A stretch of 64,000 nt of DNA from Armatimonadota bacterium (GTDB lineage Bacteria > Armatimonadota > HRBIN16). Below, piece after piece: positions 50,663 through 59,283 of the stretch (position 1 is its first letter; each line of letters starts with the position of its first letter). The DNA is taken from positions 320,001 to 384,000 of the forward strand of contig OY781964.1 of assembly GCA_963677485.1 (NCBI GenBank), read 5' to 3'. The notes beneath the pieces are model-generated. The model searched no databases. It was not told the DNA's origin and saw only the letters and a list, made by a program, of their open reading frames with translations. A program made the position numbers and the translations under genes.

Positions 50663-51100
50663 TTAACACGGATGTTGCAAGAAACGTACCAACGAGATAC
50701 TCACATACAGCAGCATGCATGCCACCATCGAACCCGACAACCACAATGCTGTGTTCGCAGCCAACCTGACCAACCCTCCCGAAAGCGGCTTCGGTTGGCG
50801 CTTCAGTTCAACGGCCTGGAGCACTGATCCCGCGGAAAAGCCGATACTCAGGATGATAAACAACCCGATGGAATGCACACCCCACCAAAAGCTGATCAAC
50901 CCACTGATCGCCAGTATGAGGGCAGTTAGGGCACCCTTCGACGCTGAGAAACCACTTGGCTCGCTGGCGTTCATCACATCGAAGCAGCTTTGACAGATAT
51001 ACCCTGCACGTTCTTCAACCATACTCTCAACCGGTACCAAATGCTGGCAGTTCGCGCATCGGGCGTGCGTCGGGATGTCTGCGGGTAGTATAATTTTCAT
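50663..51100 (-). CDS. zinc-finger membrane protein (reduced B-box, DUF4190-like)
   Basis: CANC...CQSC plus TM segments; AGGAGG RBS. Confidence 0.75.
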   Translation of the reverse strand: MKIILPADIPTHARCANCQHLVPVESMVEERAGYICQSCFDVMNASEPSGFSASKGALTALILAISGLISFWWGVHSIGLFIILSIGFSAGSVLQAVELKRQPKPLSGGLVRLAANTALWLSGSMVACMLLYVSISLVRFLQHPC

Positions 51101-51131
51101 ATGGCCTCCTGCTAGATTTCAAATGTAAAGC

Positions 51132-51650
51132 CTACTTCATCATCTGTGTTCGGATGAGTTGGAACCAAAGATACACCGGTATCCAAAGGATGATGACGAC
51201 AAATAGGATATTCGTCATCAAACTATACTGCCTGTTAGTTGGACGTGGCTGGTTACGAGTCTTGCGGTTTGATATAAACTCGCTCATCAAGAAAAGAGGT
51301 AGCCATACAACATCAATCACCAACCGCACATTGTAAAAACCTCGATCAAAACCATGAGTGCTGGTGGCATCACTGTAAATAAGCTTCAGCCACATCACCA
51401 CAATAAATACCCAGGCAGCCCATATAACGGCAACACCCAGTCTTGTTTTGAAAAACGCTTGACAAGCTTCATACCGACTATTGGTGACAGATGAATCCTC
51501 GATACTTACCACAAGCGGTTGCGCCGGGTCAAAACACTGCCTGCACACAAACCGGCCGCGGTCGTCCTGCAGACAACTGGGGCAATACGGCTTGTGGCAC
51601 ACGTCGCAACTGGTTTTTACGATAATATCGGGATGGTTGGTGCAGTTCAT
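51132..51650 (-). CDS. B-box-type zinc finger membrane protein
   Basis: MNCTNHP...CDVC...CPSC...CRQC plus 3 TM; start placed at 51650 by comparison with paralogs. Confidence 0.75.
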   Translation of the reverse strand: MNCTNHPDIIVKTSCDVCHKPYCPSCLQDDRGRFVCRQCFDPAQPLVVSIEDSSVTNSRYEACQAFFKTRLGVAVIWAAWVFIVVMWLKLIYSDATSTHGFDRGFYNVRLVIDVVWLPLFLMSEFISNRKTRNQPRPTNRQYSLMTNILFVVIILWIPVYLWFQLIRTQMMK

Positions 51651-51837
51651 CGCATCTCTACTTCGATCGTTTTTCGATACTCTGTCTGTATAATACCATA
51701 TCGAATAGCACTGCATGACGACGTGACTACTAGAACTCATTTGGTACTATGATATTGGTGTGAAATGAACCTAATGCCTACCGAGACGGTCAAAATATGA
51801 GACTGATGGTTGATGATGGGACCGTGGAAACTAGAAT

Positions 51838-52560
51838 ATGAATATTGGCGTGCTGTTAGCCGCAGGTACCGGATCGCGAGCAGAAACTGACATCCCGAAG
51901 CAGTTTACGATTCTGAACGGGAAATATATGCTTCACCGTAGTCTACGCTGCCTGATCGAAGAGCCTGACCTCGGCCGAATCTACATTGCAGTGCCCCAAA
52001 AATGGCTGGATTACTCCCAAATTGTTCTCAGCGAACTACCGGCCACTGCTCGCACCAGGAAAATGATTCGGCTGGTAATCGGTGGTGACACCCGGAGCGA
52101 ATCGATCCGACTAGCTTCTCAGGCCGCCATCAACGACCAATGCATAGACAGCCAGTCACTGATGGTCGTCCATGATGCCGACAGACCATTCGCGACGGTC
52201 GGCATGGTAAGGAACTCTTTAACAGCCGCTTCGGAGCTGGTATCGAGTGTATGTGTGGTGCCTGAACATGACACGGTATTTATCCATAAAGATGATGATA
52301 ATGTATGTCACATGGCGGATCGAAGCCTGATATACCGTGGCCAAGCTCCTGAAGGGGTCAATGTGCATCTCTGGAATCAGTGTTACGACAGCATGGACGA
52401 AACGGAAAGATACCGCATGACGGGCACAGTACAGGTCGTGCTGGCCAAGGGCCATAAAGTGGTTTCCGTGCCCGGGGATGATTCGAATATCAAGATCACC
52501 ACTCCCTGGGACTTCACCATTGCAGAAGCATACTTAAGGCGGGTCGAACGATCAAAGTAG
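51838..52560 (+). CDS. IspD/TarI family cytidylyltransferase
   Basis: LAAGTGSR, PKQF, GGDTRSES, VHDADRP and NIKITTPWD motifs. Confidence 0.9.
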   Translation: MNIGVLLAAGTGSRAETDIPKQFTILNGKYMLHRSLRCLIEEPDLGRIYIAVPQKWLDYSQIVLSELPATARTRKMIRLVIGGDTRSESIRLASQAAINDQCIDSQSLMVVHDADRPFATVGMVRNSLTAASELVSSVCVVPEHDTVFIHKDDDNVCHMADRSLIYRGQAPEGVNVHLWNQCYDSMDETERYRMTGTVQVVLAKGHKVVSVPGDDSNIKITTPWDFTIAEAYLRRVERSK

Positions 52561-52594
52561 ATATTATCATGGTTATGTTCAGTTCAACCGGCCG

Positions 52595-53506
52595 TTGGCC
52601 AAGAAACATATGATGCACCAGACTAACGTGGAATTACCGCCAGACACAAGGCAAATCATCGGTAAAGTATTGATTTATCAAAGCGTCATCATCGACATGA
52701 TGAAAGTCATCGACGCGTTTTGTCGCGCGCATAACATCAGATATTTCCTGTATGGCGGCACCCTGTTAGGCGCAGTTCGCCACCATGGGTTCATCCCATG
52801 GGACGATGACGCAGATATCTGTATGCTGCGCGAGGATTATGAGCGTTTTATTCATCTTTGGACCAAAGACGAGACCGGGCTCGATCTGGAGTGCCATCTC
52901 ACAGACGAGACATCCAGTATGCCGTTTGGCAAAGTAAGAATGCCCGGAACAGAGCTGCACGAGGATTCCGATACTTCGAAACAGTTTTATGGAATATGGA
53001 TTGACATCTTCCAACTCGATTATTATTCCAACAACCGCATCATCAGGGGTATAGAACAAAAAGTCACCACATTGCTATACAACTGCCACGAAAAGCGTGA
53101 GCTGGGACCTATCGCAAGCATCGGTGGATTTTTCCGCAATCTCCAACTGCATATTCAGTTATACTGTCTATTATCCTGGCTGGTCGGCATACCATGGATC
53201 CATGTCTGGCTCCAACGATACCGTCGCAGACCACGGAAGTATGTGGCCGACTGCTCTGGGTGCGGAAGAAAAAAATCCTGTGTACCAGTTTCTATGTTCG
53301 CGAATGTGGAGTATATGGAGTTTGAGGGGCTGTCACTGCCGGTAATGGGTGAATGGAAAAGTTGGCTCACACACGTGTATGGCGACTATATGCAGATGCC
53401 ACCCGTTGAACAACGGCGACCAGGCCATACCATTGAGTCCATCGATACCCCATCTTACGTGCCATCGATCACCCGATACCGAAAGACCGAAACGGGAGAC
53501 AGTTGA
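52595..53506 (+). CDS. LicD family phosphotransferase
   Basis: GGTLLGAVRHHGFIPWDDDADI, WIDIF and YGDYMQMPP motifs; start may be the ATG at 52610. Confidence 0.9.
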   Translation: MAKKHMMHQTNVELPPDTRQIIGKVLIYQSVIIDMMKVIDAFCRAHNIRYFLYGGTLLGAVRHHGFIPWDDDADICMLREDYERFIHLWTKDETGLDLECHLTDETSSMPFGKVRMPGTELHEDSDTSKQFYGIWIDIFQLDYYSNNRIIRGIEQKVTTLLYNCHEKRELGPIASIGGFFRNLQLHIQLYCLLSWLVGIPWIHVWLQRYRRRPRKYVADCSGCGRKKSCVPVSMFANVEYMEFEGLSLPVMGEWKSWLTHVYGDYMQMPPVEQRRPGHTIESIDTPSYVPSITRYRKTETGDS

Positions 53507-53548
53507 GGTGGGGATGATAATTCCTCCACCTGCGATATTGGAAATGAA

Positions 53549-54391
53549 ATGCAAACTTCACTGATCATTACGACCTATAATTCCAAAACAACACTTTCCA
53601 GGGTCTTAAACTCGTATAAACAGCAGATCGTCATGCCGGATGAAATCATCATCGCAGACGATGGCTCCAGAGATGGAACGGACTTGATGATCGCACAGAT
53701 GCAGTCTGACTACCCATGCCCACTCAAGCATGTCTGGCAGCCAGATAACGGGTTCCAGGCCGCACGCATCCGCAACTTGGCGGTGATACAATCAACCGGC
53801 GACTACTTGATATTCACAGACGGCGATTGCATCCCGCACCCCCTCTTTATCAAAGACCACATCGGTTTGGCTCAGCATGGCCAGTTTGTGTCAGGATACC
53901 GTATCCGGCTGTCAGAAAGAGCCACGCCTGGGTTCCGTTGGCGAGGAGCCGGCACACTGCCACACATTCCCATCAATCGATGGCGGCACCTGATACGAGT
54001 TTTGCATGCACCCAGGCTTTACTGTAGTGCAGAGGATTACCTCATGACACACAGAGCATCTATTGCGAGCTGCAATATGGCGGTTTTTCGTGATGACTAC
54101 ATTGCGGTCAACGGGTTTGACGAACGCTTTGTAGGCTGGGGAGCCGAAGACAGTGAGTTGGCGGTTAGACTGTGCCGATACGGCCTAAAAATGTTGGTGG
54201 TCCGGTATAGGGCACTCACCTTTCATCTACGCCACCCTGAACAGCCGAAGGATCGTGAGATGTTGAACGAAAAGCTGCTGGAGCAATCCAAGCTTAACCC
54301 CACCCATCAATGCATACACGGCTTGGAGGACTTAAGCAGTTCAGAGCTAAGCACCCACCCGTGCACGCACGACAGCCCAGGCTGTAAATGA
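53549..54391 (+). CDS. glycosyltransferase family 2
   Basis: SLIITTYN, IADDGS, FTDGD and NGFDERFVGWGAEDSEL motifs. Confidence 0.9.
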   Translation: MQTSLIITTYNSKTTLSRVLNSYKQQIVMPDEIIIADDGSRDGTDLMIAQMQSDYPCPLKHVWQPDNGFQAARIRNLAVIQSTGDYLIFTDGDCIPHPLFIKDHIGLAQHGQFVSGYRIRLSERATPGFRWRGAGTLPHIPINRWRHLIRVLHAPRLYCSAEDYLMTHRASIASCNMAVFRDDYIAVNGFDERFVGWGAEDSELAVRLCRYGLKMLVVRYRALTFHLRHPEQPKDREMLNEKLLEQSKLNPTHQCIHGLEDLSSSELSTHPCTHDSPGCK

Positions 54392-54513
54392 TACAAGGGA
54401 CGCCCCTACGCCATGTTTCCTACAAACGGATTATGAACACAACAAACTGCTGGCGTTCGCCAATACAACAATGCCACCAACAATACACCCATATGGAAGT
54501 ATAATAGCTACAC

Positions 54514-55545
54514 ATGATAGAAACGCATGCACCTGACGAACACATCGATGTGAAACCTAACAGCCGCAAACCATCAATACTCTCAGGAATCGCCATCTGC
54601 TTGGGGATTTCGTTCCTCGCGCTGTGGCTGGGAGGGCTGATGCCGATCATCGGCGGACCGGTCTTTTCGATCATCATTGGCATCGCGGTGGGAAACTCGC
54701 TGACACTGTCCGATGGCACGAAACCGGGAATCGCCTTTTGCAGTAAGAAGCTGCTTCAGACCGCCATCATCGTGATGGGTGCCAGCTTGAGCCTGGTGCA
54801 GGTCTGGAACACCGGGCGTGATTCCGCCAGCGTGATGCTGGTCTCGCTGTTCACTGCGTTGATCGGAGCGTATCTGATCGGCCGCAAGATGGGCGTATCC
54901 CGTAACCTCACCAGCCTGATCGGGGTCGGCACCGCCATCTGCGGCGGATCGGCCATCGCGGCGATCGCACCGATCATCAGCGCCGATGATGACGAGATCG
55001 CATTCTCCATATCCACCATCTTTCTGTTCAATGTCATGGCGGTGTTGTTGTTCCCGGCACTTGGCCACTTGATGCATATGACCAGTCAAGGCTTCGGGCT
55101 ATGGGCAGGCACTGCCATCAACGACACATCCTCTGTGGTGGCCAGTGCGTATTCCTACAGCAAGGCGGCCGGTGATTACGCCACCATCACTAAACTGGCG
55201 CGCACCACCATGATTATCCCGATCGCGCTCGCCTTCACAGCGCTCGCTAGAAGGCGGTCCGGCACGACCAACTTCCAGATGCGCTCCATATTCCCATGGT
55301 TCGTGATCGGATTCCTTCTCGCCGCTCTGCTCAACACCACAGGTCTGTTGGGTGCACAGATGCAGCATTGGGCAGGTTCGGCGGGCAAATTCCTGATCGT
55401 GGTCGCACTGGCTGGTGTGGGTCTGGGAGCCAACTTCCGCAAGATCGTGAAAACCGGCTCGAAACCCATTCTGCTTGGTATGATCGTATGGGCGTTGGTG
55501 GCCGTCACCAGCTTGGCCGTGCAGATGCTGATGAAGCAATTTTAG
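54514..55545 (+). CDS. YeiH family (putative sulfate exporter) membrane protein
   Basis: GTAICGGSAIAA, WAGTAINDTSSV and TKLART motifs. Confidence 0.9.
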   Translation: MIETHAPDEHIDVKPNSRKPSILSGIAICLGISFLALWLGGLMPIIGGPVFSIIIGIAVGNSLTLSDGTKPGIAFCSKKLLQTAIIVMGASLSLVQVWNTGRDSASVMLVSLFTALIGAYLIGRKMGVSRNLTSLIGVGTAICGGSAIAAIAPIISADDDEIAFSISTIFLFNVMAVLLFPALGHLMHMTSQGFGLWAGTAINDTSSVVASAYSYSKAAGDYATITKLARTTMIIPIALAFTALARRRSGTTNFQMRSIFPWFVIGFLLAALLNTTGLLGAQMQHWAGSAGKFLIVVALAGVGLGANFRKIVKTGSKPILLGMIVWALVAVTSLAVQMLMKQF

Positions 55546-55789
55546 CGGCTGAAGCTGTCTACTATCGACGACATCCGTGCCTTGGTCACTAATCCATAGT
55601 GTAGATCGGCCTTCCGGCATCCTGAAGTGTTTGTGATTGTTATTGTCACAGGTGATCGTCCGACACCCACGGTTATGGTATGCTTATAGAAATGGCTCGG
55701 TACGGGCCTTTCATCCATGCCCAGGGTGTGGTTTTCATTCGTTGTCACAGACATGAGTCCTACACCCACGGTGGATGCCAATTCATATG

Positions 55790-55989
55790 GCCACGCATGA
55801 GCGGACGGTGTCTGTGATGTGATCAATAGCTATACAACAGTGATGGGACATCCGGCACCCACGAAGTGGGTACTTTCTTATAGCCACGGATGAGCGGACG
55901 GTGCCTGTGATGTTATCAATAGCTATACAACAGTGATGGGACGTCCGGCACCCACGAAGTGGGTACTTTCTTATAGCCACGGGTGAGCG
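55790..55989. repeat. 93-bp tandem repeat (two copies plus start of a third)
   Basis: Units start GCCACG at 55790, 55883 and 55976; the first two are near-identical. Confidence 0.85.
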
Positions 55990-56647
55990 CCAGCGAAACC
56001 CGTGGTAAGCGCCCCATCTATCTACCCCGAAGTGGGTCGTTTGACAGGAGGTTGCGATGCCAGGATCGCTCGTTTCTAACCACGTCCATGTCATATTCAG
56101 CACACATAATCGGACTGATACCATTCTCAACGAATACCACGAACACCTTTACAACATCATCGCGGATGTTGCCAAAGGGCATCACTGCCATATGCGTGCG
56201 GTTGGTGGAACCTGCAATCACATTCATATGTTAATGTCACTTCACCAGGATAGCCGGTTATCCTATGTAGTTCGGGATATCAAGATTGCCTCATCGAAAT
56301 GGGTTCATGACCACGGTGGCCAATTTCAATGGCAGTCAGGATATGGCGCGTTCTCTGTTGGTCAACGCGAACTGGAGGTGATCAAAAGATATATTCTCAA
56401 TCAGAAGGTTCACCACCAGAAGCATACGTTTGAAGAAGAGATGGTCAAAATCCTGAAATATGCGCAGATTGAGTATAATCCTGACCATGTTTTTGGGTGA
56501 TGGACCAGGTTGAGATATTGTGTTGTGACCCGAATCATCCGCTGCGAAGTGGTTCGACCCACTTCGGGGTAATATATGACGACATCCACCACGGGTTTCG
56601 CTGGCGCTCACCCGTGGCTATAAGAATGTACCCACTTCGTGGGTGCC
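55947..56647 (+). mobile_element. REPtron-like element: IS200-type tnpA flanked by ~93-bp inverted palindromic repeats
   Basis: Left arm 55947-56039 is the approximate reverse complement of right arm 56555-56647; each carries ACCCACGAAGTGGGT and CCACGGGTGAGCGCCAGCGAAACCCGTGG hairpins. Confidence 0.75.
56057..56500 (+). CDS. tnpA: IS200/IS605 family (Y1 HUH) transposase, RAYT-like
   Basis: HVIFST, NHIHML HUH motif, SSKW, WQSGYGAFSV and catalytic YILNQ; AGGAGG RBS. Confidence 0.92.
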   Translation: MPGSLVSNHVHVIFSTHNRTDTILNEYHEHLYNIIADVAKGHHCHMRAVGGTCNHIHMLMSLHQDSRLSYVVRDIKIASSKWVHDHGGQFQWQSGYGAFSVGQRELEVIKRYILNQKVHHQKHTFEEEMVKILKYAQIEYNPDHVFG

Positions 56648-56735
56648 CGGAGGGCATTAATCATTAGGTTTTTTTATACGGGAGAATAACACCCACTAAA
56701 AACCTCGGCATACACCATACGCACGAAGTGCCGAC

Positions 56736-57070
56736 AGCCTGTTTTAACAGGCTTACTGATCAATAACCGAGACATTTATGTCGCGGCAGGCTGGTATGAC
56801 GACTTACAGTCTCCGGATACTGAAAAGGTTGCTACCCACTTCGGGGTAGGAATGTAGCACCGCTATCCAGGGGTATCGCTTCGCTCACCCCTGGCTATAA
56901 AGAGTCTTACCCACTTCGTGGGTGCCCGGAATGATGCCTACGACCTAAGGCTCGAGACCGCGCAGGTATGGCGGTCAGCCTCCCTGGTTTGGTTTCGGGA
57001 ACAAGACAGGCGCGGTCTATAGACAGTGGTCTTTGCAGGCGTACTGACAGACCGCCCCGGACAGTGGCAA
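56736..57070. repeat. REP-like cluster downstream of tnpA
   Basis: AATAACCGAGACATTTATGTCGCGG copy at 56736-56786; third tnpA-flank copy ~56834-56928; GGCGCGGTCT...AGACCGCCCCGGACAGTGGCAA at ~57005-57070. Confidence 0.75.
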
Positions 57071-57083
57071 CCGCGTAACTAAC

Positions 57084-57119
57084 ACAAAAGAGGGTGCCCG
57101 GATGGGCACCCTCTTTTGT
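57084..57119 (-). terminator. intrinsic (likely bidirectional) terminator after tkt
   Basis: ACAAAAGAGGGTGCCC-GGAT-GGGCACCCTCTTTTGT, a perfect 16-bp inverted repeat. Confidence 0.8.
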
Positions 57120-57135
57120 ATGAATTGCGGTTTAC

Positions 57136-59130
57136 TTACTTGCCTGCGAGACCAGCGAGCACCCTGTCAGCAACCTGCTGCGGGGTGAAGCCGTAGGTCA
57201 CTGCCAGGCTCTTAGCCGGGGCAGAGGCACCGAAGCTGTTCACCGCAATCGCGATGCCGTCGCGTCCGATGTACTTGTGCCAGCCCATTTCGGAGGCGGC
57301 CTCTACGCTCACGCGCAGCTTGGCGGGTGCGTCCAGAATGCTGGCCTTGTAAGCCTCGTCCTGAGCGTCGAACAGTTCCCAGCAGGGCATAGAGATCACG
57401 CGGCTGGTTTTGCCTTGAGCCTTGAGCAACTCGGCGGCCTGCAGTGCCAGACCAACCTCGGAGCCGGTAGCGTAGAAGGCCACATCCACAGGGCAGGTGC
57501 AGCCGCTCAGCAGGTAGGCACCCTTCGCCACACCCTCGCGGGCAGACACGCTGGTCAGTGCGCTCATGTCAGCCATATTCTGGCGGCTGAGGATAAAGCC
57601 GACAGGGCCTTCGCACTTCATCGCCTGAATCCACATCGCCTTGGTCTCATTCTCATCTGCCGGACGGAAGATGCTCAGGCCAGGCATGGCACGCAGGCCA
57701 GCCAGATGCTCCACAGGCTGATGGGTCGGGCCGTCCTCACCAAGAAGAATGGTGTCGTGTGTCCACTGGAACAGCACGCGAACCTTCATCAGGGCCGCCA
57801 GACGCACGGCGTTCTTCATATAGTCGCTGAAGGTGAAGAAGGTGCCACAGAGAGGCTGGATCATCCCCCCGAGGCGCATGCCGTAACAGGCAGCGGCCAT
57901 GGCGAACTCACGCACACCGAACTTGATGAGCTGACCGGTGTAGTCCTCTTTGTTCACAATGTCGGCACCCTTGATGAAGGTGTTGTCAGAGTGGCTAAGG
58001 TCGGCAGAACCGCTCACAAAGAAAGGAACCAACTGGGCGACCTTGGCGATGATCGACTGGCTCAGCACGCGAGTGGCCTTGCCTGGCTCGAGTGGCATGT
58101 TCCAAATCTGGTCATCGAAGTCAGCCGGCAGCTTCTGCTCTGTGTAGGTCTCCCAGAGGGCGGCCTTGGCAGCGTCTTTCTTCATGGCAGCCAGTTTGGT
58201 GTTCCAAGCGGCTTCTGCGGCTTCGTTCTCGGCAACCTTCGCTGCGAAGTATGATTTTACGGCTGCAGGAACGGTGAAGGGCTCTTCTTTCCAGCCAATC
58301 GCCTTTTTCATCAGTTCGAGTTCAGCGGCTCCCAGCGGGGCACCGTGGCAGCTATTCGTGCCCTGCTTAGCAGGCGAGCCCTTGCCGATGATCGTCTTGG
58401 CGATGATCATCACAGGCTTCTCAGCTTCAGCTTTGGCTTCGGCCAGAACACTCAGCAGAGCCGGGATGTCATGACCATTCACGTTCAGAACCTTCCAGCC
58501 GTATGCCACGTAGCGGGCGGCTACATCTTCGGTGAAGCACTCGCTGGTAGGGCCGTCAAGGCAAATGTCGTTGCTGTCATAGATCACAACAAGGTTGTTC
58601 AGACCCATGGTGCCAGCCAGGCTGCTCGCCTCGCCGCTAATGCCCTCCATCAGGCAGCCGTCGCCACACAGGGTGTAGACTTTACCTTCGAACAGCTCTG
58701 GACCGAACTGCGCACCCAGCATCTTGTTGGCCAGTGCCATACCGGTGGCTGCGGCGATTCCCTGTCCCAGAGGGCCCGTGGTGGTTTCTACACCGGCGGT
58801 CTCACGGAACTCAGGGTGACCAGGTGTCTTGCTGTGAGGCTGTCGGAACGCCTTGATGTCATCCATGCTCAGGTCATACCCACTGATGTGCAGGCATGAA
58901 TAGAGGAACATAGAACCGTGGCCAGCGGAGAGCACGAAGCGGTCGCGGCCAAGCCAGTTGGGGTTCTTGGGGTTATAGCTCAGGTGCTTAGCGAACAGCG
59001 CTGCACCGATCTCTGCGCATCCCATGGGAAGACCTGGATGGCCAGAGTTGGCCTTTTCCACGCCTTCTGCTGAGATCACGCGGATGGTATCCGCAATCAA
59101 TTGAAGTGTATTCGAGTTATCTGAAGCCAT
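57136..59130 (-). CDS. tkt: transketolase
   Basis: SGHPG, RDRFVLSAGHGS, TTGPLGQG, GDGCLMEG, GVREFAM and GEDGPTHQP motifs. Confidence 0.97.
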   Translation of the reverse strand: MASDNSNTLQLIADTIRVISAEGVEKANSGHPGLPMGCAEIGAALFAKHLSYNPKNPNWLGRDRFVLSAGHGSMFLYSCLHISGYDLSMDDIKAFRQPHSKTPGHPEFRETAGVETTTGPLGQGIAAATGMALANKMLGAQFGPELFEGKVYTLCGDGCLMEGISGEASSLAGTMGLNNLVVIYDSNDICLDGPTSECFTEDVAARYVAYGWKVLNVNGHDIPALLSVLAEAKAEAEKPVMIIAKTIIGKGSPAKQGTNSCHGAPLGAAELELMKKAIGWKEEPFTVPAAVKSYFAAKVAENEAAEAAWNTKLAAMKKDAAKAALWETYTEQKLPADFDDQIWNMPLEPGKATRVLSQSIIAKVAQLVPFFVSGSADLSHSDNTFIKGADIVNKEDYTGQLIKFGVREFAMAAACYGMRLGGMIQPLCGTFFTFSDYMKNAVRLAALMKVRVLFQWTHDTILLGEDGPTHQPVEHLAGLRAMPGLSIFRPADENETKAMWIQAMKCEGPVGFILSRQNMADMSALTSVSAREGVAKGAYLLSGCTCPVDVAFYATGSEVGLALQAAELLKAQGKTSRVISMPCWELFDAQDEAYKASILDAPAKLRVSVEAASEMGWHKYIGRDGIAIAVNSFGASAPAKSLAVTYGFTPQQVADRVLAGLAGK

Positions 59131-59283
59131 GAACGGATGTCTCCTTAAGGGTTAATTCACCGTTTATCATTCTATTCTTTTTAGGGCAATAAATAAAGGC
59201 GCCCGGCTCGCACGCCATTGGAAGCACGCGGGCCGGGCATCATGCATAGGTGTCACAACGCCTACTCCGGCGATGTCGGGCCG

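Noticed and set aside
55790-55989. Possible CRISPR array
   Set aside because: The intervening sequences are near-identical rather than unique spacers, there are only two full units, and no cas genes.
56500-57135. tnpB/omegaRNA next to tnpA
   Set aside because: No RuvC-like ORF; the interval is filled by REP-like repeats and a terminator.
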